From Pseudomonadota bacterium (GTDB lineage Bacteria > Desulfobacterota > Desulfobacteria > Desulfobacterales > RPRI01): a stretch of DNA of 55,363 nucleotides. Under the pieces are notes generated by a model that did not search any database, had not been told where the DNA came from, and saw nothing but the letters and a program-made list of their open reading frames with translations. The stretch's first letter is position 1; every line of letters starts with the position of its first letter. The stretch is taken from the NCBI GenBank assembly GCA_043825875.1, contig JBDRRF010000015.1:1-55363 (forward strand). The letters run 5' to 3'. This document shows, piece after piece, positions 29,337 to 39,604 of the stretch. The position numbers were made by a program, and so were the translations under genes.

Positions 29337-29732
29337 TTATGCAAACCCTTCTCCTTTTTCATACAGTACCCAATTTTGCTTGCCCTGACGCTGGTAATGT
29401 AGCTCGCTTAATGGGGCAATAAGATGTATCCGCCAGTCATATTTAGGATCTTTTGCAGCCAGTTCTTCTGCCTGGGCTACAGACATGTAATTGGCACAAA
29501 CGGGAGTTGTCATTTCATCGTACATATATAAACATTCGTTGTTTTTGGTTAATAATGCTAAACCGAATCCTACCCTGATTTCTTCTTCCATAGGAAGAAT
29601 TGTCTTGTGGAAACCATAATAAGGAAGTATTCCATCCTGGTCTTTGATACAGGGAAGCGGTTTATATCCTGACTCTGTGTAAAATACGGAATGACTTTTA
29701 TGAGAATTTATTGTATGGTTAATGGCTATCAT
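29337..29732 (-). CDS. Hypothetical protein
   Basis: ORF with AAGGAG RBS before ATG 29732; C-terminal DP.YDWRI...PL....YQRQG...WVL.EKGEGFA. Confidence 0.7.
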   Translation of the reverse strand: MIAINHTINSHKSHSVFYTESGYKPLPCIKDQDGILPYYGFHKTILPMEEEIRVGFGLALLTKNNECLYMYDEMTTPVCANYMSVAQAEELAAKDPKYDWRIHLIAPLSELHYQRQGKQNWVLYEKGEGFA

Positions 29733-29785
29733 ATATCTTCTCCTTAACAATGCTGGTCGTTAGCCTATCGTTTGGTTTTAAAATA

Positions 29786-30079
29786 CTAATACCAGAAGGC
29801 CTCGCTTTCTTGAGGTTCCATCAGGTTTCCATATTTTCCGATAAATCTTAAGTCTTGAAAAGAATCGGTAAATAAATATTCTTTATGAAAAACATCTAAT
29901 GCCAAAGGATGGATTAAAAAAAGGTTGCTTGTGTTTATGAATATATTTTGAACTTTGTTGCAATTATCTTTCAATACTTCAATCAGCTGTATTGCTGAAA
30001 AACCATCAAATTCACCTATCAGATCAATGTGAAGATTAGATTTCTTTAACCGGGTAATAATTTTAAAATTTGGTGCCAT
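29786..30079 (-). CDS. STAS-like small protein (paralog B)
   Basis: NFKI...HIDLIGEFDGFSA.QLI. Confidence 0.65.
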   Translation of the reverse strand: MAPNFKIITRLKKSNLHIDLIGEFDGFSAIQLIEVLKDNCNKVQNIFINTSNLFLIHPLALDVFHKEYLFTDSFQDLRFIGKYGNLMEPQESEAFWY

Positions 30080-30287
30080 TTATTTAACCTGTTTTAATGG
30101 CTATATAGCGTCTGCCAAAAATATGTTCAGGGTATGTGGGGGATAGGGGAGTATCCTGAACAATCTATTTACCGTTGTTGGAATAGAAATTATGACAGAC
30201 GCTATATGCCTTATTGGGATAATATTTAATATTATCAAAAGTATTAAGGTTAACTCCATGTTATTATTATTTCTTATATCGCTTGTA

Positions 30288-30512
30288 TTATAAACGTTGA
30301 AATGACACGAAAAAGGTTTCTTGTTCCGAATAATTGTTGGTGTAGGAAACCTCATCGACCAATGTTGTTTGTAACTGATTAATGATTTTACATTTATTTG
30401 CACAATTCGGAAGTTTTATGTTTGAGCTGCAATCTCTGCACGGACTTTTTTTAACATAGCCGATATCACACTCGAGCTTTTTTATGTTTGAGATCTTCAA
30501 CTTGCTAGGCAT
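30288..30512 (-). CDS. Small Cys-rich protein (possible metal/Fe-S binding)
   Basis: SPCRDC-x7-CANKC; AAAGGA RBS. Confidence 0.6.
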   Translation of the reverse strand: MPSKLKISNIKKLECDIGYVKKSPCRDCSSNIKLPNCANKCKIINQLQTTLVDEVSYTNNYSEQETFFVSFQRL

Positions 30513-30655
30513 TTTATAGTCCTTTCCGTTTTGAATTATTGTTTAGAAGTAAACCGATCAACCTATCAAATAGCCTGTATTTTTATTATCTTTTGATTTT
30601 TACTTTGACTAAAAATACTGACTTTGTAAATAGGGTGAAGGATTCATTTTGCTTA

Positions 30656-30667
30656 GGGGAATTCCCC
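30656..30667. promoter_or_regulatory. Perfect palindrome GGGGAATTCCCC, candidate response-regulator operator
   Basis: 12-bp GC-armed palindrome in an AT-rich spacer ~145 bp upstream of 30512; extra TAGGG half-site at 30631. Confidence 0.4.
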
Positions 30668-30933
30668 ATTTTAAGGATTTAATAGTTCCAAAAATCATGG
30701 AAAAGTAATAGGTTTAATAATAAGCTGAAAGTAATGCTGCCGTTTGGCTACATGACTCTGTCATCTCCTCTTTTCGAGGTTATGCTTTATTTGATTAGAG
30801 GAAAACTCCCGATTTTAGCGGGAGGCCCCAGATTTTGATAATTCCGGGAATATAAAAAACCTTCTCTATATTAGAGGAATCATTAACTTCAGATACTGTA
30901 ATAATGCTATTCCGATTTGAGTAGTTAATAAAT

Positions 30934-31386
30934 TCAAGTATCAGGAATATGACTATCGAGTGCGTTGCGTATTTTTTCGGCAAAAACTTTCAACCTAAAA
31001 GGTTTTTGTATAAAATGAATATTTTCTTTAAACATTTCCGGACTAAAGATTGTTTCAGGCAGGCAGCCTGATATATAAATGCATTTCATATCAGGCCTTA
31101 TGTTATTTAGTGTTTTCGCAAGTTTCAGGCCATTCATTAAAGGCATCATAATATCTGTTATCAGCATATGAATCTGTCCTCTATAGCCTTTAGCAATACG
31201 AATAGCAGCATCAGGGTCAGCGGCGGTTAATACGGTATATTTTTGTTGTTCCAAAAATTCCTTGCAAAGTTCAAGTATAGCTTTTTCATCATCAATCAAA
31301 AGCAGCGTTTCCTTGTCGCGAACAGTGTTATCCAAAAGCATTTTAGATTTGATATAGACGGGGTTTTCGTCATCAATATTTATCAT
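30934..31386 (-). CDS. Single-domain response regulator
   Basis: LLIDDE, ITDIMMP.MNG, ISG, QKPF. Confidence 0.88.
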   Translation of the reverse strand: MINIDDENPVYIKSKMLLDNTVRDKETLLLIDDEKAILELCKEFLEQQKYTVLTAADPDAAIRIAKGYRGQIHMLITDIMMPLMNGLKLAKTLNNIRPDMKCIYISGCLPETIFSPEMFKENIHFIQKPFRLKVFAEKIRNALDSHIPDT

Positions 31387-31727
31387 GCTGTACCCCTTTG
31401 CGGTTGAATTTGGCGTATATTATTTTGCTTAAGATGTTTTCTGCTCTATCGGAAAATTTTTCGGACAGAAATAAAAAATCAAAGCTATATGTTTGCTGCA
31501 ATTAAGTATTATAGAATATGAACATTATAATATTAATAGTTCATAAATAAATAAAATTACACAATAGGAGTTAACTTGTTTTTTTAATATTACTATAAAA
31601 TAACCTACAAATAGCATACAGATACTTTTTTTTATAAAAATAGCTATACAAAACTGATTTGCAATAATTGCTATGACAGGTTTAAATACTGGTTATCGAT
31701 TTGTTCCGGTATGACGATATGAATTTA

Positions 31728-32405
31728 TCAGCTTTTCCAGAGATCAACATCAATAAGGCCGAGTTTAGCTGCATAGCGTACCAATTCTATGGTGCTATGG
31801 AGGTCAAGTTTACTCATGATGCTGGCCCGGTGATTTTCAACGGTTTTTGGACTTATGAAAAGCTTTTCAGCTATAGTTTTTGGAGTCATTCCTTCAGCCA
31901 ACAAGCGCAATATTTCCTGTTCCCTTGGAGTCAGAGCTCCATAAGCAAGGTCTTTTACTTTTGTCTTTTTTGTGGGTGTTTCCATTAAGCGGTTAGCAAC
32001 TTCCTGGGATAGAGAACTGTCCAAAAAATATTCACCTTTTGATATTGTATCAAGGCCTTTTATTAGTCCGCCTGCAGCCGATTCTTTTACCAGATATCCT
32101 GTAGCACCTGCCTGGAATGCTTCGGTGATATAATCGATTTTTGAATGCATGCTTAAAATAAGTACGCGTGTTTCAGGCAGAAAACTTAGTATTTCGCGGG
32201 TGACATCCATACCGTTTTGATCCGGCAGAGATATATCCATAACTACAAGTTCGGGCTTGAGTTTTTTTGCTTTTTGAATTGCTTCCTTGCCTGTTCCTGC
32301 TTCATCCACTACTTCGTATTCGGATTGTTTATCAAGAAGCGCCTTGATTCCCTGACGGAAAAGAGGGTGATCATCAACTATCAGTACTGTTTTCTTTGAG
32401 GCCAT
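31728..32405 (-). CDS. NarL/LuxR-family DNA-binding response regulator
   Basis: VDDHPLFRQG, MDISLP, LTPREQEIL..IAEKLFISPKTVENHR. Confidence 0.95.
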   Translation of the reverse strand: MASKKTVLIVDDHPLFRQGIKALLDKQSEYEVVDEAGTGKEAIQKAKKLKPELVVMDISLPDQNGMDVTREILSFLPETRVLILSMHSKIDYITEAFQAGATGYLVKESAAGGLIKGLDTISKGEYFLDSSLSQEVANRLMETPTKKTKVKDLAYGALTPREQEILRLLAEGMTPKTIAEKLFISPKTVENHRASIMSKLDLHSTIELVRYAAKLGLIDVDLWKS

Positions 32406-33861
32406 ATTTTTTTTCCTTTAAAGGAATTTCTATCAGAATCTTAGTTCCTTTTCCCGGATGAGAAGTTACATTCATTTTGCCGTCAAGCAGACTGACCCTT
32501 TCTTCCATGCTGCGAAGTCCCATTCGTTTTTCCTTTGTTAATCCTGCCAGACGTTTTTTTACATCAAATCCCATGCCATTGTCTTCTATGCGAAGGATGA
32601 TGTTAGGATAAGAAGCAACAAGCTTGATAACTGTCTGGCCGGCATTTGCATGTTTCCTGATATTATTCAGTCCCTCCTGAACCAAGCGGTAAAGATTTAT
32701 CTCGATATCCGGTTCCAGGTTTATATTGTCTATGCCTGCATCACTATAATCTACAGCAAGTTGTGCTTTTTTGGAAAAATCCTTGCAGTATTGATATATT
32801 GTTGATCCGATCCCAAACTGATCAAGACCCGGAGGCCGTAAATCATAAGACATATCCCTTACCGCAGTTATTATGCCCTGAAGAATATTAGTTTGTTCCA
32901 AAATTCTTTTTTTAATATCTTTGGCTGGGCTGCCATTATTATCAAGAAGGGTTTCATTACCGATTTTCAGCATGGAAAGATCCTGAGCGATCTTATCGTG
33001 CAGATCGCGGGAAATCATTTGGCGTTCCATTTCCTGAGCAGCAAGCAATTGTTGTGAAAGCCTGTGAATATTTTCATTAGCTTTTTTACGCTCGGTATTG
33101 TCTTGAACAAGAACCAAATAGCCTGATGAATGAAGGTCATCTATGGTGCCTATTTTCTTTATAAGTATATCAATGTCAATATTACCCGACTTATTTGTTT
33201 CGTATAATCCTGTGCTTTTTATTAATTCTAAATTGTAAGACAGTTCGGTCTGGACGGTTTCATTATTGTGTAATTTTGATTTTATTGAATCAGGGATATT
33301 AACATCATCAAACAAATTAAATTTTTTTAATTTTTCAAAATCATAAATTCCAAATATATTAATCAGAGCTTTGTTCGTCTCGATCGGGTATCCACCGGAA
33401 TCGTAAAGCCCTATGCCTATAGGCGAATTTTCAAAAACAATTCTGAATCTTTCTTCACTTTTTCGTAAAGACATTTCAAGACTACGTTCACGGGAAATCT
33501 TTTCGATAACAAGAGGCAGAAGTGTAAAAAAATCATTAGACTTTACCAGATAATCCCAGACTCCAAGCTTCATAGCTCGTACGGCAACCATTTCATTTCC
33601 CTGACCGGTAACCATAATAACGGGGATTTTATTTCTTTCATTATTTAAAACTTCCAATAGCTCTATTCCGGACATATCGGGAAGCTGATAATCTGTAATA
33701 ATGATATCAAACCTGGTATCAAAGAATTTTTCCAGAAATTCACTGGCAGATTTGAAATAGTGCATGGAAACATTAGGGATTTTTTTGGATATAGCACGTT
33801 CAATCAGAGTGTAATGTGCATCTTCATCTTCGATAATGGCAATTTTTAATATGGCATCCAT
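32374..33861 (-). CDS. Hybrid REC-PAS-HisKA_3 sensor histidine kinase
   Basis: IEDE..TDYQLP; PAS; ERQMISRDLHD; QEGLNNIRKHA; DNGMGF; likely start ATG 33861. Confidence 0.9.
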   Translation of the reverse strand: MDAILKIAIIEDEDAHYTLIERAISKKIPNVSMHYFKSASEFLEKFFDTRFDIIITDYQLPDMSGIELLEVLNNERNKIPVIMVTGQGNEMVAVRAMKLGVWDYLVKSNDFFTLLPLVIEKISRERSLEMSLRKSEERFRIVFENSPIGIGLYDSGGYPIETNKALINIFGIYDFEKLKKFNLFDDVNIPDSIKSKLHNNETVQTELSYNLELIKSTGLYETNKSGNIDIDILIKKIGTIDDLHSSGYLVLVQDNTERKKANENIHRLSQQLLAAQEMERQMISRDLHDKIAQDLSMLKIGNETLLDNNGSPAKDIKKRILEQTNILQGIITAVRDMSYDLRPPGLDQFGIGSTIYQYCKDFSKKAQLAVDYSDAGIDNINLEPDIEINLYRLVQEGLNNIRKHANAGQTVIKLVASYPNIILRIEDNGMGFDVKKRLAGLTKEKRMGLRSMEERVSLLDGKMNVTSHPGKGTKILIEIPLKEKKYGLKENSTDS

Positions 33862-33889
33862 TTCTATACCTGATACTTGTGTATTATGC

Positions 33890-34339
33890 TTAATCCTCAA
33901 GTACCGGCGGCTCATTAATAAGCAGCCAGTAAGAATTCAGTTGCATGATTTTTTCTTCAAACTCTTTGAATCCCACAGGTTTTGTAAGATAGCTGTTTGC
34001 ATAGTGATCATATGAATTGCCAATATCTTCTTCCCGGCCGGAGGTGGTGAGCATGATTACCGGTATTTTTTTCAGTTTGGGGTCTTCCTTGATTTGTTTT
34101 AAAACTTCAATTCCATCTATACCCGGAAGCTTGATATCAAGCAGTATAAGACCGACTGTGGGATTATTAACTTTATCAGCGTATTTGCCACGGTTATAAA
34201 GATAGTCGAGAGCTTCTTCACCATCAACTGCAACAATTATGCGGTTAACATTGCCGGCTTTGCGAATTGCGCGCTTGGTTAATTCCGCATGAGCTTTTTC
34301 ATCTTCTACAAGAAGGATGCTTGATGGTTCAAATATCAT
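33890..34339 (-). CDS. Single-domain response regulator (Rcp1-like)
   Basis: LLVEDE, LLDIKLP, MLTTS...DI...Y...ANSYLTKP. Confidence 0.92.
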   Translation of the reverse strand: MIFEPSSILLVEDEKAHAELTKRAIRKAGNVNRIIVAVDGEEALDYLYNRGKYADKVNNPTVGLILLDIKLPGIDGIEVLKQIKEDPKLKKIPVIMLTTSGREEDIGNSYDHYANSYLTKPVGFKEFEEKIMQLNSYWLLINEPPVLED

Positions 34340-34343
34340 ATTA

Positions 34344-36005
34344 TTAAACCTCGCTATTATTTAATGTAAAGAAAAATGTACTTCCCTGTCCTGGTTCTGA
34401 TGACACCCGGATTTCTCCATTATGATGTTCAATTATCCTTGCAACTATGGCAAGTCCTATGCCGGTACCTTCTCCGGCTTTTTTTGCATCAGGCAGCCTT
34501 TGGAATACCTGAAAAATAATTTTTTGATATCTGTGCTGAATACCTATACCATTATCTTTAACATAAAAAACATCCTGTTTTCCATCTTTTTTATGTCCGA
34601 TCTCAATTTCAGGCGATGGATTATCTTTTCCTATATATTTAATTGCATTTGATAGCAGGTTTTCAACAAGCTGGATCAGTCGTTTCTTTTCACCGTAAAC
34701 AGCCGGAAGATTCTGACCAATATTTATAGAAATTCCTTTGGCTTCAATTTGCGGTTTCAGCATACTCATGGCAGATTCGACGATTTCTCCAAACTGCAGC
34801 GGCATCTTTTTTTCATTTACCCGGCCGATTCGGGATAATTCTATAAGATCATTTATAAGAAGCCCCATTTTTTTTGTAGCTTCACTTATATATTGAAAAT
34901 AACCTTCGGCGCTTTCCGGAAGATCATTTCCAAAATCTTCACGCAATGCTCCAATAAAACCATCAATTGTTACAATTGGTGTTTTCAGATCATGTGATAT
35001 CGAATACAGAAAAGACTCCATCTCGGTATTTTTTGCAACCAGTTTTTCCATAGTATTTTTAAGTTCTATCTCATTATCCCGAAGAGCCGATTCCGATATT
35101 TTCCGTTTTTCAATTTCTTCAAAAGCGCTGTTTCTTGCATTACGATACATTTCAATACGCTGAAGAAGAAGAAAGAAAACAACCGAAAGGGTAGCAGAAA
35201 TTATTAGACCGAAAAGCAGGTATAATTGGTTGGGAATAGTTGCAAATTTAAATAATGACTCCCGTGGTTCAAAATGCATCTTCCATATTTTTCCGGGAAA
35301 ACGGATGTCTTCCATTATAACAAACTGTTTATACAAAAGTTTCTGTTTTGTTTTAGGTTCCTTAAGATTCATATAAATCAGCCGATCGTCTTCATATATC
35401 ATAATGCTGAAATTATTTGATATATTTTTTGCAATACATATATCCATAATATCTTTAATATGAAAAGCTCCGTTCAAGTACCCATGAATTTTGTTTTTGT
35501 AAATCAGCGGCCAGAATGTATCAAAAGTTATTTCACCCTTGCGCATTTCATGACACGGTGTTGTTTTGAATTTAAGGGTTTGCCGGACTGTTTCGAAGGT
35601 ATCGCGTATCTCGGTATCCAAATCATGGATATTTTTATTAACTATATCCGTATTGTATTCCTTCGGGAAAGTCCATTGAACTGTGCCATAAGGATCAATC
35701 CAGTTAATACCGAAAAAACCGGGGTAGTGGCCGAAAAAGGTTTTGGCAAACTGAATAAAACGCAGTTTGCTGAAATCAGGAGGAGTTCTGTCCACCCACC
35801 TCTCGGCCAATAAATCGAGTGAAGACATTCTGGCATTCATCATGCCTTCAATACGAATTTTAACCTGTTCTGCCGATGCTTGCGTTTGTCGCAAAATCAT
35901 TTTGTGCTCATCATTATTTTCATCTTTCCATAAGACAAGACTTACAGAGCAGCAGATCAGAAAAATAACAATGGATAAAGATCTTTTGTAATGGTGAATT
36001 TTCAT
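34344..36005 (-). CDS. Membrane sensor histidine kinase with CHASE-like periplasmic domain
   Basis: Two TM segments; SHDLKTP H-box; NLLSNAIKY; DNGIGI; GTGIGL. Confidence 0.9.
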   Translation of the reverse strand: MKIHHYKRSLSIVIFLICCSVSLVLWKDENNDEHKMILRQTQASAEQVKIRIEGMMNARMSSLDLLAERWVDRTPPDFSKLRFIQFAKTFFGHYPGFFGINWIDPYGTVQWTFPKEYNTDIVNKNIHDLDTEIRDTFETVRQTLKFKTTPCHEMRKGEITFDTFWPLIYKNKIHGYLNGAFHIKDIMDICIAKNISNNFSIMIYEDDRLIYMNLKEPKTKQKLLYKQFVIMEDIRFPGKIWKMHFEPRESLFKFATIPNQLYLLFGLIISATLSVVFFLLLQRIEMYRNARNSAFEEIEKRKISESALRDNEIELKNTMEKLVAKNTEMESFLYSISHDLKTPIVTIDGFIGALREDFGNDLPESAEGYFQYISEATKKMGLLINDLIELSRIGRVNEKKMPLQFGEIVESAMSMLKPQIEAKGISINIGQNLPAVYGEKKRLIQLVENLLSNAIKYIGKDNPSPEIEIGHKKDGKQDVFYVKDNGIGIQHRYQKIIFQVFQRLPDAKKAGEGTGIGLAIVARIIEHHNGEIRVSSEPGQGSTFFFTLNNSEV

Positions 36006-36345
36006 ATTATATTAACGGGCAATCTCATGAATAAGATTAAGTGATAACAATTTTTTATCAGGGCATGTCGCTATTGTCAAAATAATGTTGCGGTTTTCGA
36101 TGTCTTTGTTTTGCTATTAGTATTGATATATTTAAGAAAAATTATGGATTTTATTGTTCGGGCGATTAGAAATATTCATTAAAATTTGCACAACAGCAGT
36201 ATTTACTGTAATAAAAAGCTCGTCTATCTGTATATTGAGTTATCGGTGAGTGTTATATTTGTGCTTGAAAGCAAAATATACTTCTGATATATATAACAAT
36301 ATTTATTTTATATTAAAATACTTTATTCATAAAAAGAAGATTATC

Positions 36346-37689
36346 ATGAAAATTGTAATCGTAGGTGCCGGCGGTGTCGGTTCTCAATTAGCGGCACAGT
36401 TAATAGCAGATAATAAAGATGTTGTAATAATTGAGAAAAACCCTGATGTTGCCAAACATGCCTCAACTCATCTTGATTGTATTGTTATTACAGGTGAAGG
36501 AAATAATCCAAAGATTTTAAGAAAAGCCGGTATTGAAAAGGCTGATTTCTTCCTTAGCGTAACTGATTCCGATGAAGTAAATATGATTTCATGTGCCCTT
36601 GTTGCAAGCGAGTTTAAAGTGCCTAATAAGATTGCAAGGGTTAGGAATCTAGACTATTCCAGTATCAGAAATTTCGAGAAAGTTTTTCTTGGAATAGACT
36701 TTTTTGTTAATCCTGAACTGGAGGCGGCAAGAGAGATAGTAGCAAGTGTTATGTATGGAGCTTCCAGCGATTTAATGCTTTTCAGCAATGCTAATATTCA
36801 GATGAGAAATATCGTTATATCCAGCACTTCTTTTTTTAAAGATAAATCTTTAAGGGAAATAAAGGTAAGCTTAAAAAAAGATTTTTTAATTTCATGTATA
36901 GTAAGGCAGGACAAGGTTATCATTCCATCGGGAAACACAATTGTTAAAGAAAACGACAATATATATTTGGTTGCAACCCGGAATATACTGGAAGATGTTC
37001 TTAGTGAATTTGGAAGATCATCTTTGGTAATCAAAAATATTGTGATTGTGGGAGGTGGAAGAATTGGTAGATACACTGCAAGATATCTTATGGAGCAACA
37101 CCGTAATATTAAAATCATAGATTCGGATTATAAAAACTGTAAACTTCTGGCAGAAGAATTTCCCAAGGCTACTGTTATACATAGTGATATTTCGGACAGG
37201 GATATTTTTGAAGAAGAGCAGTTGTATTCCTACGATTTAATTGTGACAACAACAAACAAACAGGAATTAAATATTCTTGCTGCAATTTATGCAAAGACAT
37301 TTGGTATAAAAAGATCAATTGCACTTGTCACAAGAAGAAATTATCTTTCAATAGCTTCCAATCTTGGCATAGATTCTATTGTGAGCCCTAAAAGAAGTAC
37401 GGTAGATACTGTCTTAAAATTTATAAGAAAAGGCAATATTAAAAGCATATACAGCATCCTGACCGGAAAGGCTGAAGTAATTGAGTTTTCGGTCAATAAG
37501 AATAGCCCAATAACAGGCAAAACAATTGAAAATATAAGGCTGCCGGATAATACTTTAATACTTGCTGTAACAAGAGGTTTTGAAAGTTATATACCGGGTG
37601 GAAAATTTTTAATTCAGGAAGGCGATGATATCATAACGATAACAACAAAGGAATCTGTATCTGAGCTGGAAGAAATATTTAACAGATAA
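36346..37689 (+). CDS. trkA: Trk potassium uptake NAD-binding subunit
   Basis: Two RCK domains (IVGAGGVG, IVGGGRIG); start ATG 36346. Confidence 0.93.
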   Translation: MKIVIVGAGGVGSQLAAQLIADNKDVVIIEKNPDVAKHASTHLDCIVITGEGNNPKILRKAGIEKADFFLSVTDSDEVNMISCALVASEFKVPNKIARVRNLDYSSIRNFEKVFLGIDFFVNPELEAAREIVASVMYGASSDLMLFSNANIQMRNIVISSTSFFKDKSLREIKVSLKKDFLISCIVRQDKVIIPSGNTIVKENDNIYLVATRNILEDVLSEFGRSSLVIKNIVIVGGGRIGRYTARYLMEQHRNIKIIDSDYKNCKLLAEEFPKATVIHSDISDRDIFEEEQLYSYDLIVTTTNKQELNILAAIYAKTFGIKRSIALVTRRNYLSIASNLGIDSIVSPKRSTVDTVLKFIRKGNIKSIYSILTGKAEVIEFSVNKNSPITGKTIENIRLPDNTLILAVTRGFESYIPGGKFLIQEGDDIITITTKESVSELEEIFNR

Positions 37690-37692
37690 AAT

Positions 37693-39144
37693 ATGAACTA
37701 TAAACTTGTACTAAAGATAATATCAATATTAATACTGATTATAACTTTTTTTCTTATTTTCCCTGCGGCTGTTGCCCTTTACTATAAAGAGATTAATGAA
37801 TTCAAGGTATTTCTTGTTATAATAGGAAGTCTTCTTTTAATTTCATCGATATCATATTATTGTTTAAAGCCGGAAAGAAAAGATAGCCTTTCTACCAGAG
37901 ACGGCTTTCTTCTGGTAACTTTAAGTTGGATTTTTGCTTCTTTTGTTGGAGCCTTGCCGTTTTATTTTACTGATTGCATTCCGGTTTTTGCGGATGCATT
38001 TTTTGAGACCATGTCCGGATTCACCACAACAGGTGCCTCTATTCTTACGAGTATTGAGTCTCTTCCAAAATCAATGCTTTTCTGGAGATCCCTGACACAC
38101 TGGCTTGGAGGTATGGGAATAGTAGTTTTGACTGTTGCCATACTGCCTATTCTTGGAATCGGAGGGCTTCAATTGATAAAGGCTGAAGCGCCCGGGCCTT
38201 CCGTTGATAAGATTTCGCCGAGAATTAAAGAGACTGCAAAAATATTATGGTATATCTATTTGGGCCTTACGATAATAGAAACTATTCTTTTAATGCTTGG
38301 AGGTATGGATTTTTTTGATGCTCTTACTCATACATTCGGAACTCTTGCAACAGGAGGCTTTTCTCCCAAAAATACAAGTGTAGGATATTACAATTCCGCT
38401 TATATCGACGGAGTAATTACAATATTTATGATTATTGCGGGTGCTAATTTTATTCTTCACTATAGAATGATAACAGGAAGATATAAGAGTATGCTCCGGG
38501 ATACGGAATTTAGAGTATATATATCTATTTTTATCGTAGCTGTTGCTATAATAACTTTGAACCTCTACGGTACAAATTACGATTCCCTGGGTAATTCCAT
38601 ACGCCATGCCGGTTTCCAGGCTGCATCAATACTCACAACAACAGGATTTGCTACTGTTGATTATGAAAAATGGCCATTCCTTGCTCAGGCAATACTATTC
38701 TTTTTAATGTTTATTGGTGGATGCTCTGGCTCCACAGGAGGCGGGATTAAGGTAATTCGGATATATTCCCTTCTTAAACAAGCCTACAATGAAATGAAAT
38801 ATCTTCTTCATCCAAGAGCTATATTTATTTTAAAGATAAGCAGAAAGACTATTAAAAAGGATATAATGTATTCTATTTCCGGATTCTTCTTTCTTTATAT
38901 ATTTACGCTGCTAATAATCACATTGGTTGTAACTTCATCGAATCAGGATGTTCTTACTTCCTTTTCAACCGCCCTGGCTACAGTCGGAAATATCGGGCCG
39001 GGTTTCGGCAATATTGGTCCTGCTGAACACTACGCGTTTTATCCGGCCTATGTGAAATGGGTGCTTAGTTTTGCTATGCTGGCAGGCAGGTTGGAATTAT
39101 ATACAGTTTTGATACTTTTTACGCCTGTTTTTTGGAAGAAGTGA
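37693..39144 (+). CDS. trkH: Trk potassium uptake membrane subunit
   Basis: FETMSGFTTTG, WLGGMG, TGGF, GSTGGGIK, GNIGPG, GRLE. Confidence 0.95.
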   Translation: MNYKLVLKIISILILIITFFLIFPAAVALYYKEINEFKVFLVIIGSLLLISSISYYCLKPERKDSLSTRDGFLLVTLSWIFASFVGALPFYFTDCIPVFADAFFETMSGFTTTGASILTSIESLPKSMLFWRSLTHWLGGMGIVVLTVAILPILGIGGLQLIKAEAPGPSVDKISPRIKETAKILWYIYLGLTIIETILLMLGGMDFFDALTHTFGTLATGGFSPKNTSVGYYNSAYIDGVITIFMIIAGANFILHYRMITGRYKSMLRDTEFRVYISIFIVAVAIITLNLYGTNYDSLGNSIRHAGFQAASILTTTGFATVDYEKWPFLAQAILFFLMFIGGCSGSTGGGIKVIRIYSLLKQAYNEMKYLLHPRAIFILKISRKTIKKDIMYSISGFFFLYIFTLLIITLVVTSSNQDVLTSFSTALATVGNIGPGFGNIGPAEHYAFYPAYVKWVLSFAMLAGRLELYTVLILFTPVFWKK

Positions 39145-39472
39145 GTATTTGTAAAGATAAATCACTGTTCAACGTTTTCTACGATTTCCAATAATTGTCT
39201 AATTCTATTTTTGATATGGGGGTGTTTGTTAAGTTTCTTTTCCAAGCTGTTTTTTTACGGTCAGTCATCGGCAATTTCTCCTTTGTAAAGTGTTAATTTA
39301 TTTACCTAAACTGACCCAAGCAATAGTTTAATCAAAAAGTCTATATTTATTTAATGATTTCAGCATGATGTATTTTGACCCAATTATTTGCTTTGCTTCC
39401 AACATGATATGTTTTATGGGCCAATGATCTACCCTTCCCAAACTTTAATTACACCCGGTGTTTTTAACTTCC

Positions 39473-39503
39473 TTGACACTTAAGTGGTATTATTTTATAT
39501 AAT
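39473..39503 (+). promoter_or_regulatory. Possible sigma70 promoter
   Basis: TTGACA at 39473 and TATAAT at 39498; the 19-bp spacer is non-optimal. Confidence 0.35.
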
Positions 39504-39604
39504 CCAAAAATTGTGTGCGCAATTATATCAATAGCAAATCGAATATGAATTCAATATTCTATTTGCATTATTCAAAAACCAAGCAGGATATATGGACTAA
39601 TCTC

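Noticed and set aside
30101..30403. 100-aa ORF overlapping the Cys-rich gene
   Set aside because: Alternative start, no RBS, overlaps a better-supported ORF
30795..30850. GGAAAACTCCCG...CGGGAG hairpin as a c-di-GMP-I riboswitch
   Set aside because: Lacks the GNRA-type loop, the GACGCAAA junction and the second stem
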